From Patellaria atrata CBS 101060 (Eukaryota), in NCBI GenBank assembly GCA_010093705.1, contig MU006104.1:1-64000 (forward strand): 64,000 bases of DNA, written 5' to 3'. This document shows, one piece after another, positions 37,701-50,808 of this stretch. The notes below the pieces were generated by a model. That model ran no database searches, had not been told where the DNA came from, and saw only the letters and a program-made list of their open reading frames with translations. The translations under genes and the position numbers were made by a program. How positions within the stretch are numbered: position 1 is the stretch's first letter; every line of letters begins with the position of its first letter.

Positions 37701-37955
37701 ACTGAAATGGATGGTAGATGAACAAGAGAACGATAGCGGGATGGAGATTAAAATGGTTGGTAAGGTAGAGAAGATGGGAGCTGAAGTGACAATAGGTGAC
37801 AATTGATTCAAAAGCTATTCAGGTGCTATTGTCGTGCGGGCAAACTAGCGCAATGCCGAAGTTTGACCCTAAGGGCGTGTCAGAGCAGGTGAGGGAAACG
37901 TACCACCATTCGGTTTGCGCTTGACCAACGGTCTATCATCATCTGAGGAATCCAT
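34767..37955 (-). CDS. TOP1: DNA topoisomerase I (type IB), multi-exon
   Basis: [67 protein letters not shown]; catalytic GTSKI|NYIDPR is split by the last intron; ends DEDWEF*. Confidence 0.97.
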
Positions 37956-38563
37956 TATGCGTGTGGTTCGCCACGACAGGCGTGTTGAAGTTGGTAGAGA
38001 TGGTCTGAGATCGAACTCGGGCGTGATATTTGGCTCAGTTGAGGCTCGAGGTAAGGAAACGCAGGAACGAAGAGAAGTGTAGAAAGCACGGCGGAGATGG
38101 ACTCAACGCAAGCAGCACTGACGCCGCGCTAGCGAGCTGAAGGAGATGATGATCTTGAAAAGGAATATAGTCGTAAATGACGGTGGTTCGAAGTGACTAG
38201 TTAGTTATGTTGCTGAAGAGGGTTGAGAAACTTGGGAAAGAAGAATGCAAAGTGTCCGGGAGAATAAATGAGCGGAACTCCTGGATTCTTGTCTTGTTGA
38301 CCTAGAACGCTTTCTACCTAACCAAGTCACGGGGAATGGAGACTGGTAAGAGCCTCTTATTTGTCTATTGTGCCCTATTGTTCCTCCGAAACCCACGATT
38401 CCCATTAGCCGGCCTTGGCAAAAACCTCAACCTCTCCCGGCTATCCTACCCTTTGATCAAAGCTATTAGCAGTCCATCAATCCGAATCTACCATAGCTGT
38501 CACCATAGTGTCGACAGCTGCTCTCATCTCCTCTCTACCAATTGATCGTTTGGGAGCGACGGG

Positions 38564-39723
38564 ATGATGCTATCACGAGCAGCCCGTCCGGCGCTGAAGG
38601 CTGGTTCCGCAGCAGCTGTCCGGTATGCCCTTCATCCTCCATTTCAAGCAAAGCTATCTATCGAAGATTAAATCACCCGGATCATAATGATTATACTAAC
38701 AAGATTCTACTATTTCCCAGTCCATCGACGGTCAATGCTACAGCAGCCGCTAACTATGCCACATTACGTGAAATCGAGGGTCGTCTCAAGTCCATTCGCA
38801 ATATCGAGAAAATCACCAAAACCATGAAGATTGTCGCCTCCACAAAGCTTACCCGTGCCCAAAAAGCTATGACCGAGTCCCGAACATACGGTCAGACCTC
38901 GAATACTGTCTTCGAGAAGGCCGAAACCAAGCCGATGGAGGCCGAAGGGAAGAAAGACCTGATCATCGTTTGCAGCTCCGACAAGGGTCTCTGTGGTGGT
39001 ATTCATTCCGGGTTGTCTCGCAAAGTCAGAAAGACGCTAGCAGAATCACCGGACACCGAATTGGTCATTTTGGGCGAAAAGTGCAAGGCTCAATTGGGCA
39101 GATCCAACAGCAGGAATACGGTTCTTAGCTTTGCTGGCATCGGAAAGGACGTACCGACATTCTCTGATGCTATAGCTATCGCAGATCAAATCTCATTGCT
39201 TCCGGGAGATTATAGCAGCGTCAAAATCCTATACAATAAGTTCCTTAATGCTCAAACTTACGAACCTACCTTTGTCGAGGCCTATTCAGAGGAGGCTATT
39301 GCTAATTCTCGTGAGTTTAGTGTAAACTCCAAGCAGAATTCTGCTAACTGCTCTCAGCCAACTACGCTTCTTTCGAAATCGATGACGAGGTTCTAGCGAA
39401 CTTGAGGGAATACGCTCTCGCTAATTCACTCTTCTGGGTATGTTATAAATGCACATAACGTGACTAGTACTAACGTATCTTAGGCACTTGCTGAAGGGCA
39501 CGCTTGCGAACAGTCAGCCCGTAGAAACGCCATGGACGTAAGTCAAGCAACACAAATCATTATATTAGAGAACAGCCCTAACCTCTGATCTTAGAACGCC
39601 TCGAAGAACGCTGGTGACATGATCAACAAATTCCAGATTCTGTTCAACAGAACCCGTCAAGCTGTCATCACAGGCGAGTTGGTGGAAATCATTACTGGTG
39701 CTGCCGCCTCAGAGGAGGGTTAA
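38564..39723 (+). CDS. ATP3: Mitochondrial F1 ATP synthase gamma subunit (5 exons)
   Basis: Presequence [89 protein letters not shown]. Confidence 0.97.
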
Positions 39724-40337
39724 AGAGTTTGTACAACAAATTCCTTTTGTTTAGACTAGTCAAAGCAGATTTCCCTCCCAATTGTATGTAGAAATAGGGC
39801 TGCTGCTCATCCTTGCATCTATATTCTTCCTTAACTTGTTTGAGCATCTTGCTTTTTAAATATGGCCCAGGGCACTAAGGTCCCTGTGTGTCACTCCGGA
39901 TACGTGAATCACATGATTTTGTGTCAACATGCCCAGGCAACTTCCGCCCTTTCTCTTAATTTCCTCACAACTCTCTCATCAGCTCTGTGACGTCCTTTCC
40001 TCGGCTATTCTGGTAGCTCTTGAAAAGGTATCTAAGCGTATCACCTTTAAAATTTCTTCCCTCGCAACCTAACAGGATCAATCAAGAACATCAACATCGT
40101 TGACAGAAGTGTCGAGTCAAAAAATTCCTTTCAGCGCTACTTACTTCAGTTTATTACTCAGTGACTTGTGTCTATGTGATTGTATGCTCATAGTAATACA
40201 TATCAATTAGACAAAACCGTTTTCTATCAACTGTGCATGTTATTGAAGAGTAATGTGCTTAACGCTCATTGTGATTCGTTTGAGATTTGAGAGATCCTGA
40301 TTGTGGAAGGAAATATGTCTTCCCTAACGAATAATAG

Positions 40338-41270
40338 ATATCCTCTCCGGAAACAGTTTCCAGTGCGCCAACTCCTCGCTTTCACCCGCCATCGCTTTTA
40401 CACAACAGCCTTAACGAGGTCAAGGACTTGTACTTTCAAAGGCAATATAAGCAATGGACATCCTATTGTATCAATCTACTAGATGATAGTACTCTCGAGG
40501 TAAGCTACTTCTATAGCAAACACTGGTCATCATAGGATAATCTAACAATCTGCGCTCGTCCTGCTAGGAACATCCGGTCCACGTAACCTATCTCAATTTC
40601 TATGCTGCTCTGTGCTACAAGACGCAAGTGCGCAATATGTATGTCAACTCACCAGCCAGATCGTTAACGCTGGGACTTGCTGAAAAACACTACATGGCCG
40701 CAGCGTACGCTCAGTAGGCCCTTCGCCTACCGATCCACCCTAACAGATACACCATTTCCACTCCGAATCAGGAGAGATCCTGCCACAATCTCCCCAATTC
40801 CAACCTTACCTTCTCTCCCCTCACCGACAATTACCAGGGTGCATCACAATCAGCTACCACGCTCCCATACTCCAACACCAAACCTCCCGACCCAACTCCG
40901 CCGCGCTCACCTTCGCGCGTACAACAACCATCTCACAGAATTCTCCCACCAGCTGCACGACCATATCGTTGCATTCAAGCTGCTTCTAAAAACAGCGTTG
41001 ACTCCTAACCGTGTACCACCCCGTCGGTCTTCTGTTCACATACTAACCATGCCAGCAATCGCCGAGATACCGTACGAGGAGGAAGAGGGGTTGGCGGAGG
41101 GGTTGCGCCTACCACCAATCCCGCTTCCCAAGGCGGGAAGCCGCATGAGCGACGTGGAGAAGGCGGAGAGGATCAATAGGGGAAGAGCAAGGGGATGGGA
41201 GGTGAAGCGATGGGACGGAAGGAGGTACGAGGAGGTTAGGGAAAGGGCCGTGATGGACTTGGAGACTTGA
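40338..41270 (+). CDS. Fungal hypothetical protein, spliced; start codon not resolved
   Basis: Exon ...LNEVKDLYFQRQYKQW...LE, intron 40500-40567, EHPVHVTYLNFYAAL...LAEKHYMAA, possible intron 40705-40771 joining the frame that ends ERINRGRARGWEVKRWDGRRYEEVRERAVMDLET*. Confidence 0.55.
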
Positions 41271-41900
41271 GCCGATTTGAGGGTGGCCTTGAGATTTGAG
41301 CGGTACGGAGTGGGGAGTTCGAATTCTAGTGTCATCTTCATTTGTCCTAGCTACGTTGCTAACCATGGATGACCGTAACAGTATTATAACAACCGAGCAT
41401 CAATCAAACGCAATGCGCAGAATCCGGATCTCAATGTTGATCCAGCTAAGTCTGTGAATGTTTCAACAATATCCTTTTTCTTGCCTCTTTCCTTTCGTGG
41501 TCTTTCCCCTTCTTGTTTCTCTTAATTGGTCTTTTGACTTTTGGCAGGTTCATCCTGAGGTTTCTCTGTCAAACCAATAAATGGACATTTCCTTACTGAT
41601 ATAAACAAACGAAGATAAATTAGGAAACCTTTACCTTAGGACTCACCTACCACGCTTACCTATAATAATCAAGCAGTCTGCTCAGCTGGAAGCTGTGCAG
41701 CCTGAGTCAAATAGCTTCTACCTTACTTGTCAAGAGAAGAAGAAAGGGAAAAGATGGTACAGAAGGTTCTTACTGTACGGGAACGGTACGTGGTTTTCTC
41801 CTTCGATACAGTTCTTAAGTCTCCACTCTGTGAATCCTCTTCATCGAACAATATTATCACTCAATCTTCAAGTCCTTGCTATCTAGTATTGCTCTAAGCC

Positions 41901-42623
41901 ATGTCTTTCTCAACTTTTAGTGTTCAGGTCCCTACACCAGGCACTCCTACAATAACAGAGGCTTTGAATAGGTTCCGCGTTCCTTCAGCCGCACCATCGA
42001 TAACGAAAACTGTCACTCTCGTGATCCTCTTTGATTTCAAAGAACATGTCAGCGCTGAGCAGATGATTGCTGTACGTCCCCTACCTCATATCAATGAACT
42101 CAAGCTGACAAACCTGACGGCTAAAGGTCTCTCGCCATATGTTTAACTTGAAGAACACTTGCATCAACCCAATGACCAAAGCGCCGTATATCCAGTCTGT
42201 TCGTGGAGGTGCAAACTCCTCTCCTAGGGACAAAGTGGTAAACCCAAAGTCTCCTCCAATATCCTGAAGAACCCATGAGATAGGGGCTAACTGGAGGCAC
42301 AACAGAACGGTATGACACACATTTTCATCTTAGAGTTCGAAATCGAAGAGGAGAAGGACTACTTCGTTGATGAGGAACCTGTCTATGACAGGTTGAAGGT
42401 CGCATGCAACAGGTTCATTCAGAGAGTACAAGTTCTGGGTTTCACTAATGGTGTATTTTCGTTGGAGGAATGGTTCATGGGACTTGCAGACAACCCGATC
42501 TACGGGAACACTCGCATCAACGAGGACATTCACATCAACGAGGAAAATCACACTCACGAGGACATTCAGATCAACGATGCCAACCCGATCAACGAGGAAA
42601 ACGCGGCGAATGGGGTAGAATAG
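41901..42623 (+). CDS. Divergent Dabb (stress-responsive A/B barrel) protein with repetitive acidic tail (3 exons)
   Basis: VTLVILFDFK...|VSRHMFNLKNTCINPMTKAPYIQSVRGGANSSP...|NGMTHIFILEFEIEEEKDYFV...QVLGFTNGVF; same intron positions as the 44 kb copy. Confidence 0.8.
42495..42602 (+). repeat. Six 18-bp coding tandem units (xINEDx/xINEEN-like hexapeptides)
   Basis: cgcatcaacgaggacatt / cacatcaacgaggaaaat / cacactcacgaggacatt / cagatcaacgatgccaac / ccgatcaacgaggaaaac plus a degenerate first unit. Confidence 0.85.
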
Positions 42624-44018
42624 TACTCTTGTTGTAAGCTGGGAAGAATGTCGATTGGAAGTCTCCAACACCAACAACAAAGATCTGATAGACTCTGTGG
42701 GAAAAGTAGGATATCGTCTCTCTAGGTGAAAGATTCCGCATGAAACAGTTCTGATGGATTAGATCGGTTTGAAGTTTAGAATAAAAGCATAGCATAGAGG
42801 AACCTTGAAGAACTGCTTATTCGTATCCATCTCCTCTGTAACGTCAGAGAAACTCCTCAAAAAAATGTCTCGTTGCCGTTTTTATCATTACGTCTGGTTT
42901 TTTTTTTTTTTTTCTTTTTTTTCCGCAAAATCTTACCATAGCATCCACTCTACCAAGTTCATGAATGCTTCATTAGTGCCCTCATTCCGTGATTCTTTCT
43001 CTTTAACCTTGGCCCTTTCCTCTTTCGCAATCTTTCTTAACCTCTCGGCTTCGGTAGGGTTCCTGAATATCTCGTAGAACTGGAGTCGGAACTTGCAAGC
43101 CCTGAATATGATTACACGAATACCACTACTTTTACGGGCCGTTCTTGGTGTTGTTTTGTCAACAACATTCCTTCCACATTCATGTTTTCAAGGGTCCTCG
43201 ACCAGTGAGTGCAATTTGATATCCGTTGGATGACTCCAGCTGGTATATCCTTTCTCCGTGGCCACGTTGCGAATATATCACCTTTGGTTCAACCCCTAGG
43301 GGTGGGGGATAAGAAACACTTCTCGAGAACAAGGTGTTCGATTGAGTTTTCGACGTGGTAGCCACATTAGCTTGAAAATAATGAAGCGGTCAGTATCAAT
43401 GATATAGTTGAAAACCTTCGAAGATCGCAAAAATGGAAGATACTCGAGAGAAGACCAATACGCAAAGGATGCTCGTATTTGCTAGTCTATACTTCCAGTC
43501 TACTCTCTATTGACTATCCTTCAATATCTGCTCTCTGAACCATTTTTCAGGGCATGATCAGTCAAACTTCACTATAGTATTCGACACTTATGAAGAGGCG
43601 GCCGATCTTACGGATCATTCCCTCTCCATTTTTTAAAGGGGTTCGGAAAACGTGTCTCTGTTGATTCAATTAGTCAGCGAGAACAGTTAAATCAGAAGTG
43701 ATTTAGTTAGATCCTACGGAAACAAATGCACATCTTCTGCTCACTCTACTCTACGTTGAGAACTGTTGAGTAGACTACTTAGCGTTGCACTTAGTAACTT
43801 AGATTACAATATGTCATGTAGAACCCATCGAACATCGGACTGATACTAGATGCTATGGAGGATACTACTGTTTGTATCTAGTCAGCTCAGCCTAGGGCCA
43901 TAGGGTTATGTTGTAGATTACACAGCATGGTGGGTGAAACGAAGCTAGGTAATGTCTATTTCTTTATTTGCCAGCGAAGTACCCCTATCTTGGAACATCT
44001 CTGAATAGAGGTCTGGAA

Positions 44019-44592
44019 ATGAGGTCCAATCCCTCCCAATCTCTCAGTCCTCTAAGGAAACTCGCGCTAGTTGCACTCATTCTTACCCTCGTTCTGTTAT
44101 TCATCCAGTTCCTAAGTCATAGCGGTCATAAAACACTGGACACGAAAATGGGCGTGACTCACATCGTTCTCTTTCAATTGAAATCCTCTACTAGCCCGAA
44201 AGCCATCAACGATGTATGTCCCCCGGAACAACAAAAGTTGACTAACTTCTAAGTCTTAAGATATCCCAACGCATGCCTGCGCTAAAGGATGGTTGTATCC
44301 ATCCAACGTCTAAGAACTCATACATCAAATCAGCATCTGGAGGGACTGATAATTCGCCTGAGGGAATTCAGGTACCTTCCTAAATTCACTTCTAAAACCT
44401 TCAAGTAGAAGCCAATCTGTTTCGTATAGAATGGGATCACGCACGCGTTTACCGTAGAGTTCGAAAACGCTGAGAATAGGGATTACTATGTCAACAATGA
44501 CCCTGTCCCACGATGCGTTCAAGAAGCTCACTGGTGAGGTCCTAGAGAAGGCACAAGTGGTAGATTTTACAGATGGGGTTTTCAAGTTGTAA
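44019..44592 (+). pseudogene. Dabb protein with an N-terminal hydrophobic segment; +1 frameshift in exon 3 (pseudogene or sequence error)
   Basis: MGVTHIVLFQLK...|...GCIHPTSKNSYIKSASGGTDNSPEGIQ|NGITHAFTVEFENAENRDYYVNNDPV. An extra C at 44507-44509 shifts HDAFKK...QVVDFTDGVFKL* out of frame and gives TGA at 44535-37. Confidence 0.75.
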
Positions 44593-46136
44593 AGGACTGG
44601 ACACTCTTTTTTGCTCAAGCGTCGAGAATTATTTCTCTCGTGATGGGGTTGCATACTTTATTTTTGAGATAAAGAGCATCCTCGAGTCTGAAAGAATAAA
44701 CTTTGCGTGGATAAGACTTGAGAAATTTCTGAATATGAAAGACTAAGAAAACGCTCAGCCGTACTGCAAACAACTCCCTACCGTTCTTGTACATTCCAAT
44801 CAACTATGAAGATTTAAATGCAGTTCTGCTACCTATCGAGTTCGTATTCCATAATAAAGCGTAAATTACAGTTGAACGATTTCCCCGTTGATCCATTATT
44901 CTCTCCCCTGGTCTGGCGACCACAATTAAAAAGAAATAACAATGGACATTCTCGCCAACGACTTCATCTTCCTTCCCATCTTCATGTCTCCGGCAACTTA
45001 CTTAGCGCTGTGTCCTCCTTTGAGCCCACAGCCCTTTTGTCTGATTGACTCCCAGCGATGGGAAGGTTTGAATACAGGTGCGGGATTCCAGCCTTTTGAT
45101 TCCTTGAAACAGATAGCTAAGGGATTTGTGCATAGAATCGAGTATCCGTGAAGATGGCGATGGCGTTGTGATTCTTGGGTCTGGCGAGGAGGAAGATACC
45201 AGAAGGGAGTGGGAGTGGAGGTTGTTAGTAAGGAGTTGGATTGGGGTGTTGGGGGAATGAGAATGGACTGTGGAGGGAATGGTAGGAGTTGGTATGGGGG
45301 TGAAGTAGTGTGCGAGAGAGGAAATTTGAAATTAACAGGTGTGGGTCTTGCTTAGGGAAGTCAAGGAAGGGATTCAGAGCTACTCGAGGCAGTGATCATG
45401 CAACAAGGAAAGGTCTCCAAAATAATAGAAGTAGAGATAATAGCCTTCCCAGTAAATACACCTGACTGAAGCTGAAGAGTAGAGGTGGTTGTGAACTTGC
45501 TATCGCCTATACAGCGGGCGTCGAAGATACACTATGCAGATCTGGGCTCAATTCTACGTTTACGAGTTTCCTGTACAATCAGGCAGCGCTTAAAACCCTT
45601 TGAGAGTGAGCGTACGTCACGTGAAATATTACAGTGAGAGTCTGCTCATTTCTTGGACTTAAACGGGCATGTTAGTCATTTTGGCCATGATACTGAGGAT
45701 TGATTTGCAGGATACGAAAGTCAAACCGAAAATACACGTAGGAATACAGTTAGGAAGTTCGAGGAATTTGGCTGGGTAAGACGTTCCTGGGACGGGCATG
45801 GTTAAGCGTAAGGTTGGATTGAGGAAGCGTATAGGAAAAGCGTGTGGAGGTTTACAAGTTTTGTTCAATATACGGTGCATGTTGGTTGAGCATTCATGTC
45901 AGGGGAGCATTGAAGTTGGCTGATTATTGTCTTTCTCTGATATGTATGGACTAATTGGGTTTCTTTCAGTGACGGAGGTATATGGGAAACACTAATGAAT
46001 GCTATAGTAGGCAAGCGGAAATGGTATAGAACGTATAGTGTATACTGTAGGACTTATCTTTGAGCACTATGGCATCGAACTTTTATAGGGCTGTATAATG
46101 TGTACAGGAAAAGGGAAGCTCGCAACTCCCATTCTA

Positions 46137-46926
46137 TCACCAAGACTCTACTCCTTCCGCGGACGGTACCCAAATATCGGCTTGACTTACGGGCTGATCA
46201 CCTTCATTCAACACCATTGCTTCTCTCCTACGTCTCCTACGCGCTCGCTCTTCAGGATTTCCTTCACTCTGCCTTGTCCCACTGCTGTAATTTTCTATGC
46301 CCTCATTTAGGATGCGCCGTCTCGCCGCTATTACCCGTCCTTGTTCAATAGTTGTCGTTTGTGGCGCCTCATTGGTAGTACCACTCGTATTGCTCTCTCC
46401 ACTCTGACTAGCAGCATCTGCCTGATATTGTTGTGGGTGCGGGCGCCACCCGGATTCCGCGTGTTGGTCTATAAGGCGCATGGCAAGGGCTGCGGAAGCG
46501 CGACGGGAGGGATACGGTCCGAAGAAGTCTGTTACGACTGCTAGTCGGGCTGTAGGGTTGTGAATGAAGCGGTCCACTAAGATGCGCCGCGCTGCTTTGC
46601 GAATATCTGGGTTTTCAGAACATGCGAGGGCTTGCAGGGCGCTAAGCTTAATCCCCTCGGACGACAGCGTCTCGACGTCGGCCTTGATAGAGGTAGGCTC
46701 TTCGGGTTTAGGGTTGGAATGTTCGAGCAATATGTTATCTCTGGGGTTTTGAAGGGAATCTGGGGAGATCTTGTTGACCTGTGCGGTCAACAAACCTCCT
46801 TTGATTATGCCTTTGAGAATAACAAGAGCGGAGATGCCTGCATCGATTAGAAAGATGAGGAGAGGCTGGATTAGGGGTTGTACCTAAACCGAACCATAGC
46901 CAACGTTCACTTATCTTTGATGCCAT
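46137..46926 (-). CDS. Fungal hypothetical protein with an N-terminal hydrophobic segment (2 exons)
   Basis: MASKISERWLWFGLG, short intron, IFALVILKGII..., helical core (LACSENPDIRKAARRIL), C-terminal ERARRRRRREAMVLNEG. Confidence 0.7.
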
Positions 46927-47216
46927 GGTGGCTTTGTGACGGTGGGAGGAATATTGTGGAGTAGCATCGCTCACAACATATATAGAAAAGTTGAAGTTCA
47001 GGTGATTTCCAGTCTGATATAATATGAAGAGTCTCCTGTCAGTCGGAAAGACGTGAATTTATAGATCTGCCACGTGCGGGATGATCCGCTTCTGACGCCA
47101 GAGCTTCAGGAGATGACAGGGAGCTACAAAAACTTTAATACTCCTCCTACGGCCTCAACTATTAATTGAGAATCGGTTCCAAACCCTTCGAGCATTCGAT
47201 TCTTCTGCTAGCGATC

Positions 47217-47776
47217 ATGGCGGAAGCGAACGTAATGTCTACTCCAGCAACGAATGGTGCAGTTCCCACCAAATCTCCGTGGGCAGACAAGTATCGTGGT
47301 GTACGTATTCAATGTGGCCTTGTCTCAATTTCTGGATATCTAGCTAATGCCGCGAATAGGCCACTGTAGAAGACCTAGATCCTCCTCCCGCACTCTCTAC
47401 ATCTCCACACGACCCCATATCGCATGCGCTCATGGCTGCATTCGAGCGCGACTACACCCATCTTACGGTCGTATCGCAGGAGAATCGGGCGCTGCTGGGC
47501 TATCTATCAATACCGCGCTTAAAGGCGCTACTAAAAGAAGGAACTGTCAAAGAGAACGAGAACGTCCAAGCTGCCATGTTGAAGTTTAGGAGGGGCAAGG
47601 TGTATAAGGTCATTACAATGGATACACCGCTGGAGGAGTTGGAAGAGTTCTTTAATGGTGGTGTTAGTGGGAAGGAGCCGCAGGACTTCGCAGTAGTGAC
47701 TGATATAGGAAGAAGGTTCGTCCTCGGCGTGGTCACGAAGGGCGACCTGGAAGAATTTGTGAAAAGGAGGCCATAG
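47217..47776 (+). CDS. Stand-alone CBS-domain protein (intron ~47301-47359)
   Basis: SPWADKYRG|ATVEDLDPPPAL...AFERDYTHLTVV...LLGYLSIPRL...VITMDTPLEELEEFF...FAVVTD..RRFVLGVVTKGDLEEF. Confidence 0.8.
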
Positions 47777-48258
47777 GAGGGGGCTAGTGTTGAGGGGTAT
47801 TCAGGTGGAAGGCATGTCCTGGTGTTCTGGAGTCAGGAGGTAAGCTGACGGCTATTTATTCAAAAAGTCCTTTGATAAGGTTTGTATTCTGCAGAGTTCT
47901 TCAGTGTGAGCACTGGATAGTGAATTGGTGCCGAAACACTTTAATAGAGGGATTATCTGATATTTTAAGATTGAACTTGGATCAGATAAGATCAGATTGG
48001 GATCACGTCACGTGCCGAGAATCCATCGCGGGTTTTCGCGGGTCGTCTCTCGTCTCAACCAACCGGCGGCTGCAAACCTGAACTCACGGCATCATGGCAC
48101 ACCCTTGCGTAACAACCTCCACCTCGCATCAACACCCAACACGAGAGATAGAGCGTGTATACGCTTCTCAAAGACCATCTTACCGGGGCGCAATACTGTA
48201 GACTGCCTTCGCATTGGTGGTTCTTGTGCTATAACCTTCTTGATTGTTATACCTGGCT

Positions 48259-49576
48259 ATGCCGATCTTGCAAGTCCGATTACCGCTTTCAACAAAAAGT
48301 CCATTTCTTCCCTCTATATTCATACATTCAACTAGAATATGCCTACTATCTCGTAGCACCATATGTCACACTATTCCTAGGCGATGGGACTCATTAAGGT
48401 CCGGTAAGTCGCAAAGCAGGGAGCCGACCGCGGGGACAACAACGCCAATTCCTGACGAGTCCAATCCACCGCGGTCAAAGTCTCCCTTTTACTTCGAGGC
48501 TGGTTATGCGCTGTTTGCAAAGCGTGCGTCTCGACCATTTCCTCCGCCCTTTCTATCGAAACCGAACAGCTCGTTCTCGGACCCGCTAAGCAGCCATCAT
48601 AAGAGTGTGGACAAGAGGCCTCATGTGTTTGGCGAAATGATACGGGGGATAACCAATGGCGACGATGCTGTTTTGGTAAGCGAGAACTTCATAGGCGCCA
48701 ATGATGGGGTTGGAGCATGGGCAACTAAGGAACACGGTCATGCTGCGTAGGTCACCTCATATCGCATCTGGAGATTCAAGGTTCTTATATTGATATGTTG
48801 TAGACTGTGGTCTAGACTCATCCTCCACTTTTGGGCTCTAGCAGCTGAGCAGGATGCTTACGGGGCAAAATCTGTACCTGACCCTGTAAAATGGCTTCAA
48901 AAAGCGTTCGAAAAAACTAAGGAGGCGACTTCAAACCCAAATGAGTGGCTTGGGACGACAACAGCTTGTGGTGCACTGCTTGCTTCCGACTCTGAAAACC
49001 CACCACATCCTGTTCTCTACATCACCCAACTTGGTGATTCGCAGATACTAGTTATCCGACCCCGTGAAAAGAGAACTATATTCAAGACCACAGAGCAATG
49101 GCACTGGTTTGACTGTCCCCGACAGCTTGGTACTAACAGTCCCGACACACCCAATGATAATGCAGTTTTAGATAAGATAGAGATCGAGGAAGACGATGTT
49201 GTTCTCGCCATGTCAGATGGCGTTGTTGACAATCTTTGGGAACATGAAGTTGTGGAAAATGTGGTTGAAAGTATGAATAGATGGGAAGAGGACGACGTTA
49301 AAAAGCTCTCCGGTAAAGAACCTGGTGAAGCGACTTATGCTGACGGTATGAGATTTGTGGCACAAGAACTTGTAAAAGCTGCAAGAAAGATCGCAGAGGA
49401 TCCGTTTGCAGAGAGTCCGTATATGGAGAAAGCTGTCGATGAGGGCTTGTCGATTGAAGGAGGTTAGTAAAATTGCTTTCCGTTGGTATGTCTAAGATTA
49501 CTGACCGAATCTATCAGGAAAATTGGACGATATCAGCGTTGTCGCCGCGCAGTGCAAACGAAGAGCGATTCCTTGA
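48259..49576 (+). CDS. PTC7: PP2C phosphatase, Ptc7/Azr1-like (3 exons)
   Basis: GDDA, ANDGVGAW, GTTTAC, QLGDS, EQWHWFDCPRQLG, AMSDGVVDNL, GG|KLDDISVV; basic, hydroxyl-rich N-terminus resembling a mitochondrial presequence. Confidence 0.85.
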
Positions 49577-50808
49577 ATGCACTTGAATCAATATATTTAA
49601 CTCGGAGCTATTCTTGAGCGCCAGGGTTAGATGGTATGAGCATTCTACTCAATAATTGGGCCTTCTAGGTCTAATAATTGGTATCCCAAATATTTCTGCG
49701 CCCACCAACCCCTCAATCCCCGTGGACTATCTTGGAATGTTCATTCCAAAGCACCCTATACCGTTAGTAGAACCATATCTCAGTGCCGATAATTTCTTAC
49801 GCTGCTCGGGGGATATGTCCGCTGGGGCCTTCCGCATGGTCTGCAAAGATGTCCACCGACTCGTCTAAAATATAAAGCTACAGAGAGATAAATCCGCGCG
49901 GGTTGCTCGACGCGCCAAGCAAGTTAGGATGTAGCCAATTTCCAATGATTCGGAATCGAGGACTCATCTTCATTGGACTCAAGGTCTCTAGAGCTAAATT
50001 CTCATCGCCTAGTTGGAACTTAGATTCGGCGTATGATAACTAAGTGGCGACCAACCGGATAGCCAATAGGTGTTATTGACTATTCGGTTGCTACCACTCT
50101 TCCAGCACATCGCGGATCTCGATTCCAACCAGGCGATGAATATTTGGCTCTTGGGACGTGAAAGTTCAAGGAGAACGAGTTTTACAAGAGAAAACCGAAC
50201 CGTACCCAGATGATGCGCACATCAAGCGATAATCTCTTGTTTCTGAGATTCTCGACAGGATTCGTTAGAAGAACATCAGCAGAAACATCAAGCGTAGAAG
50301 GATCTGCATTTAAGTGGATCACTCACAAAAAGACTGGGAGACGTCTTTCAAGGAACGGTTAGCGTCCTGTTGTTCGGCTTGGTTTTACCACCTTGTGTAT
50401 GCATATACAGAATTGTGTGAGCATAGTAACGTATTGGCGAGCTGTGCCTTTTCTTTCACCCAGTCTGCGACTGGTATATAACTCTTATCTTTCTGCAGTA
50501 GAGATTTTTTTGGATTTTTTTTCCCTGCAGGATCTGCCCTACGCATAGTGCGCTTTTCCACATAAGAGAATCCTGCAGAGATCCTGGATATCGAAGATAA
50601 AAGTCGTTCAAGGTTAGGTTGGCCACGGTGGCTATTGTATGTACGTATGGTACAGCAATTTTCTGTGATGATTCATAGCACGATGCTGGCGGTGTGTAAC
50701 ATAAGCAATGAAGTCTCCGTTATATACTCTTAAGATACCAGAGATTGAACAAAACCTCTATTCATAACCTCGTCTCAAGTCCGCACTCTCAGATTCTACA
50801 GACAAACA

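Noticed and set aside
40315..40717. Pseudogene call based on apparent frameshifts and the TAG at 40715
   Set aside because: Plausible introns (acceptor at 40337; 40705-40771) can remove both lesions, so it is left as an unresolved spliced gene.
41295..41335. tRNA-like GTTCGAAT motif
   Set aside because: No cloverleaf stems or A-box in the flanks.
42900..43560. Possible small minus-strand gene between the Dabb copies
   Set aside because: Fragmentary frames with stops; no supportable model.
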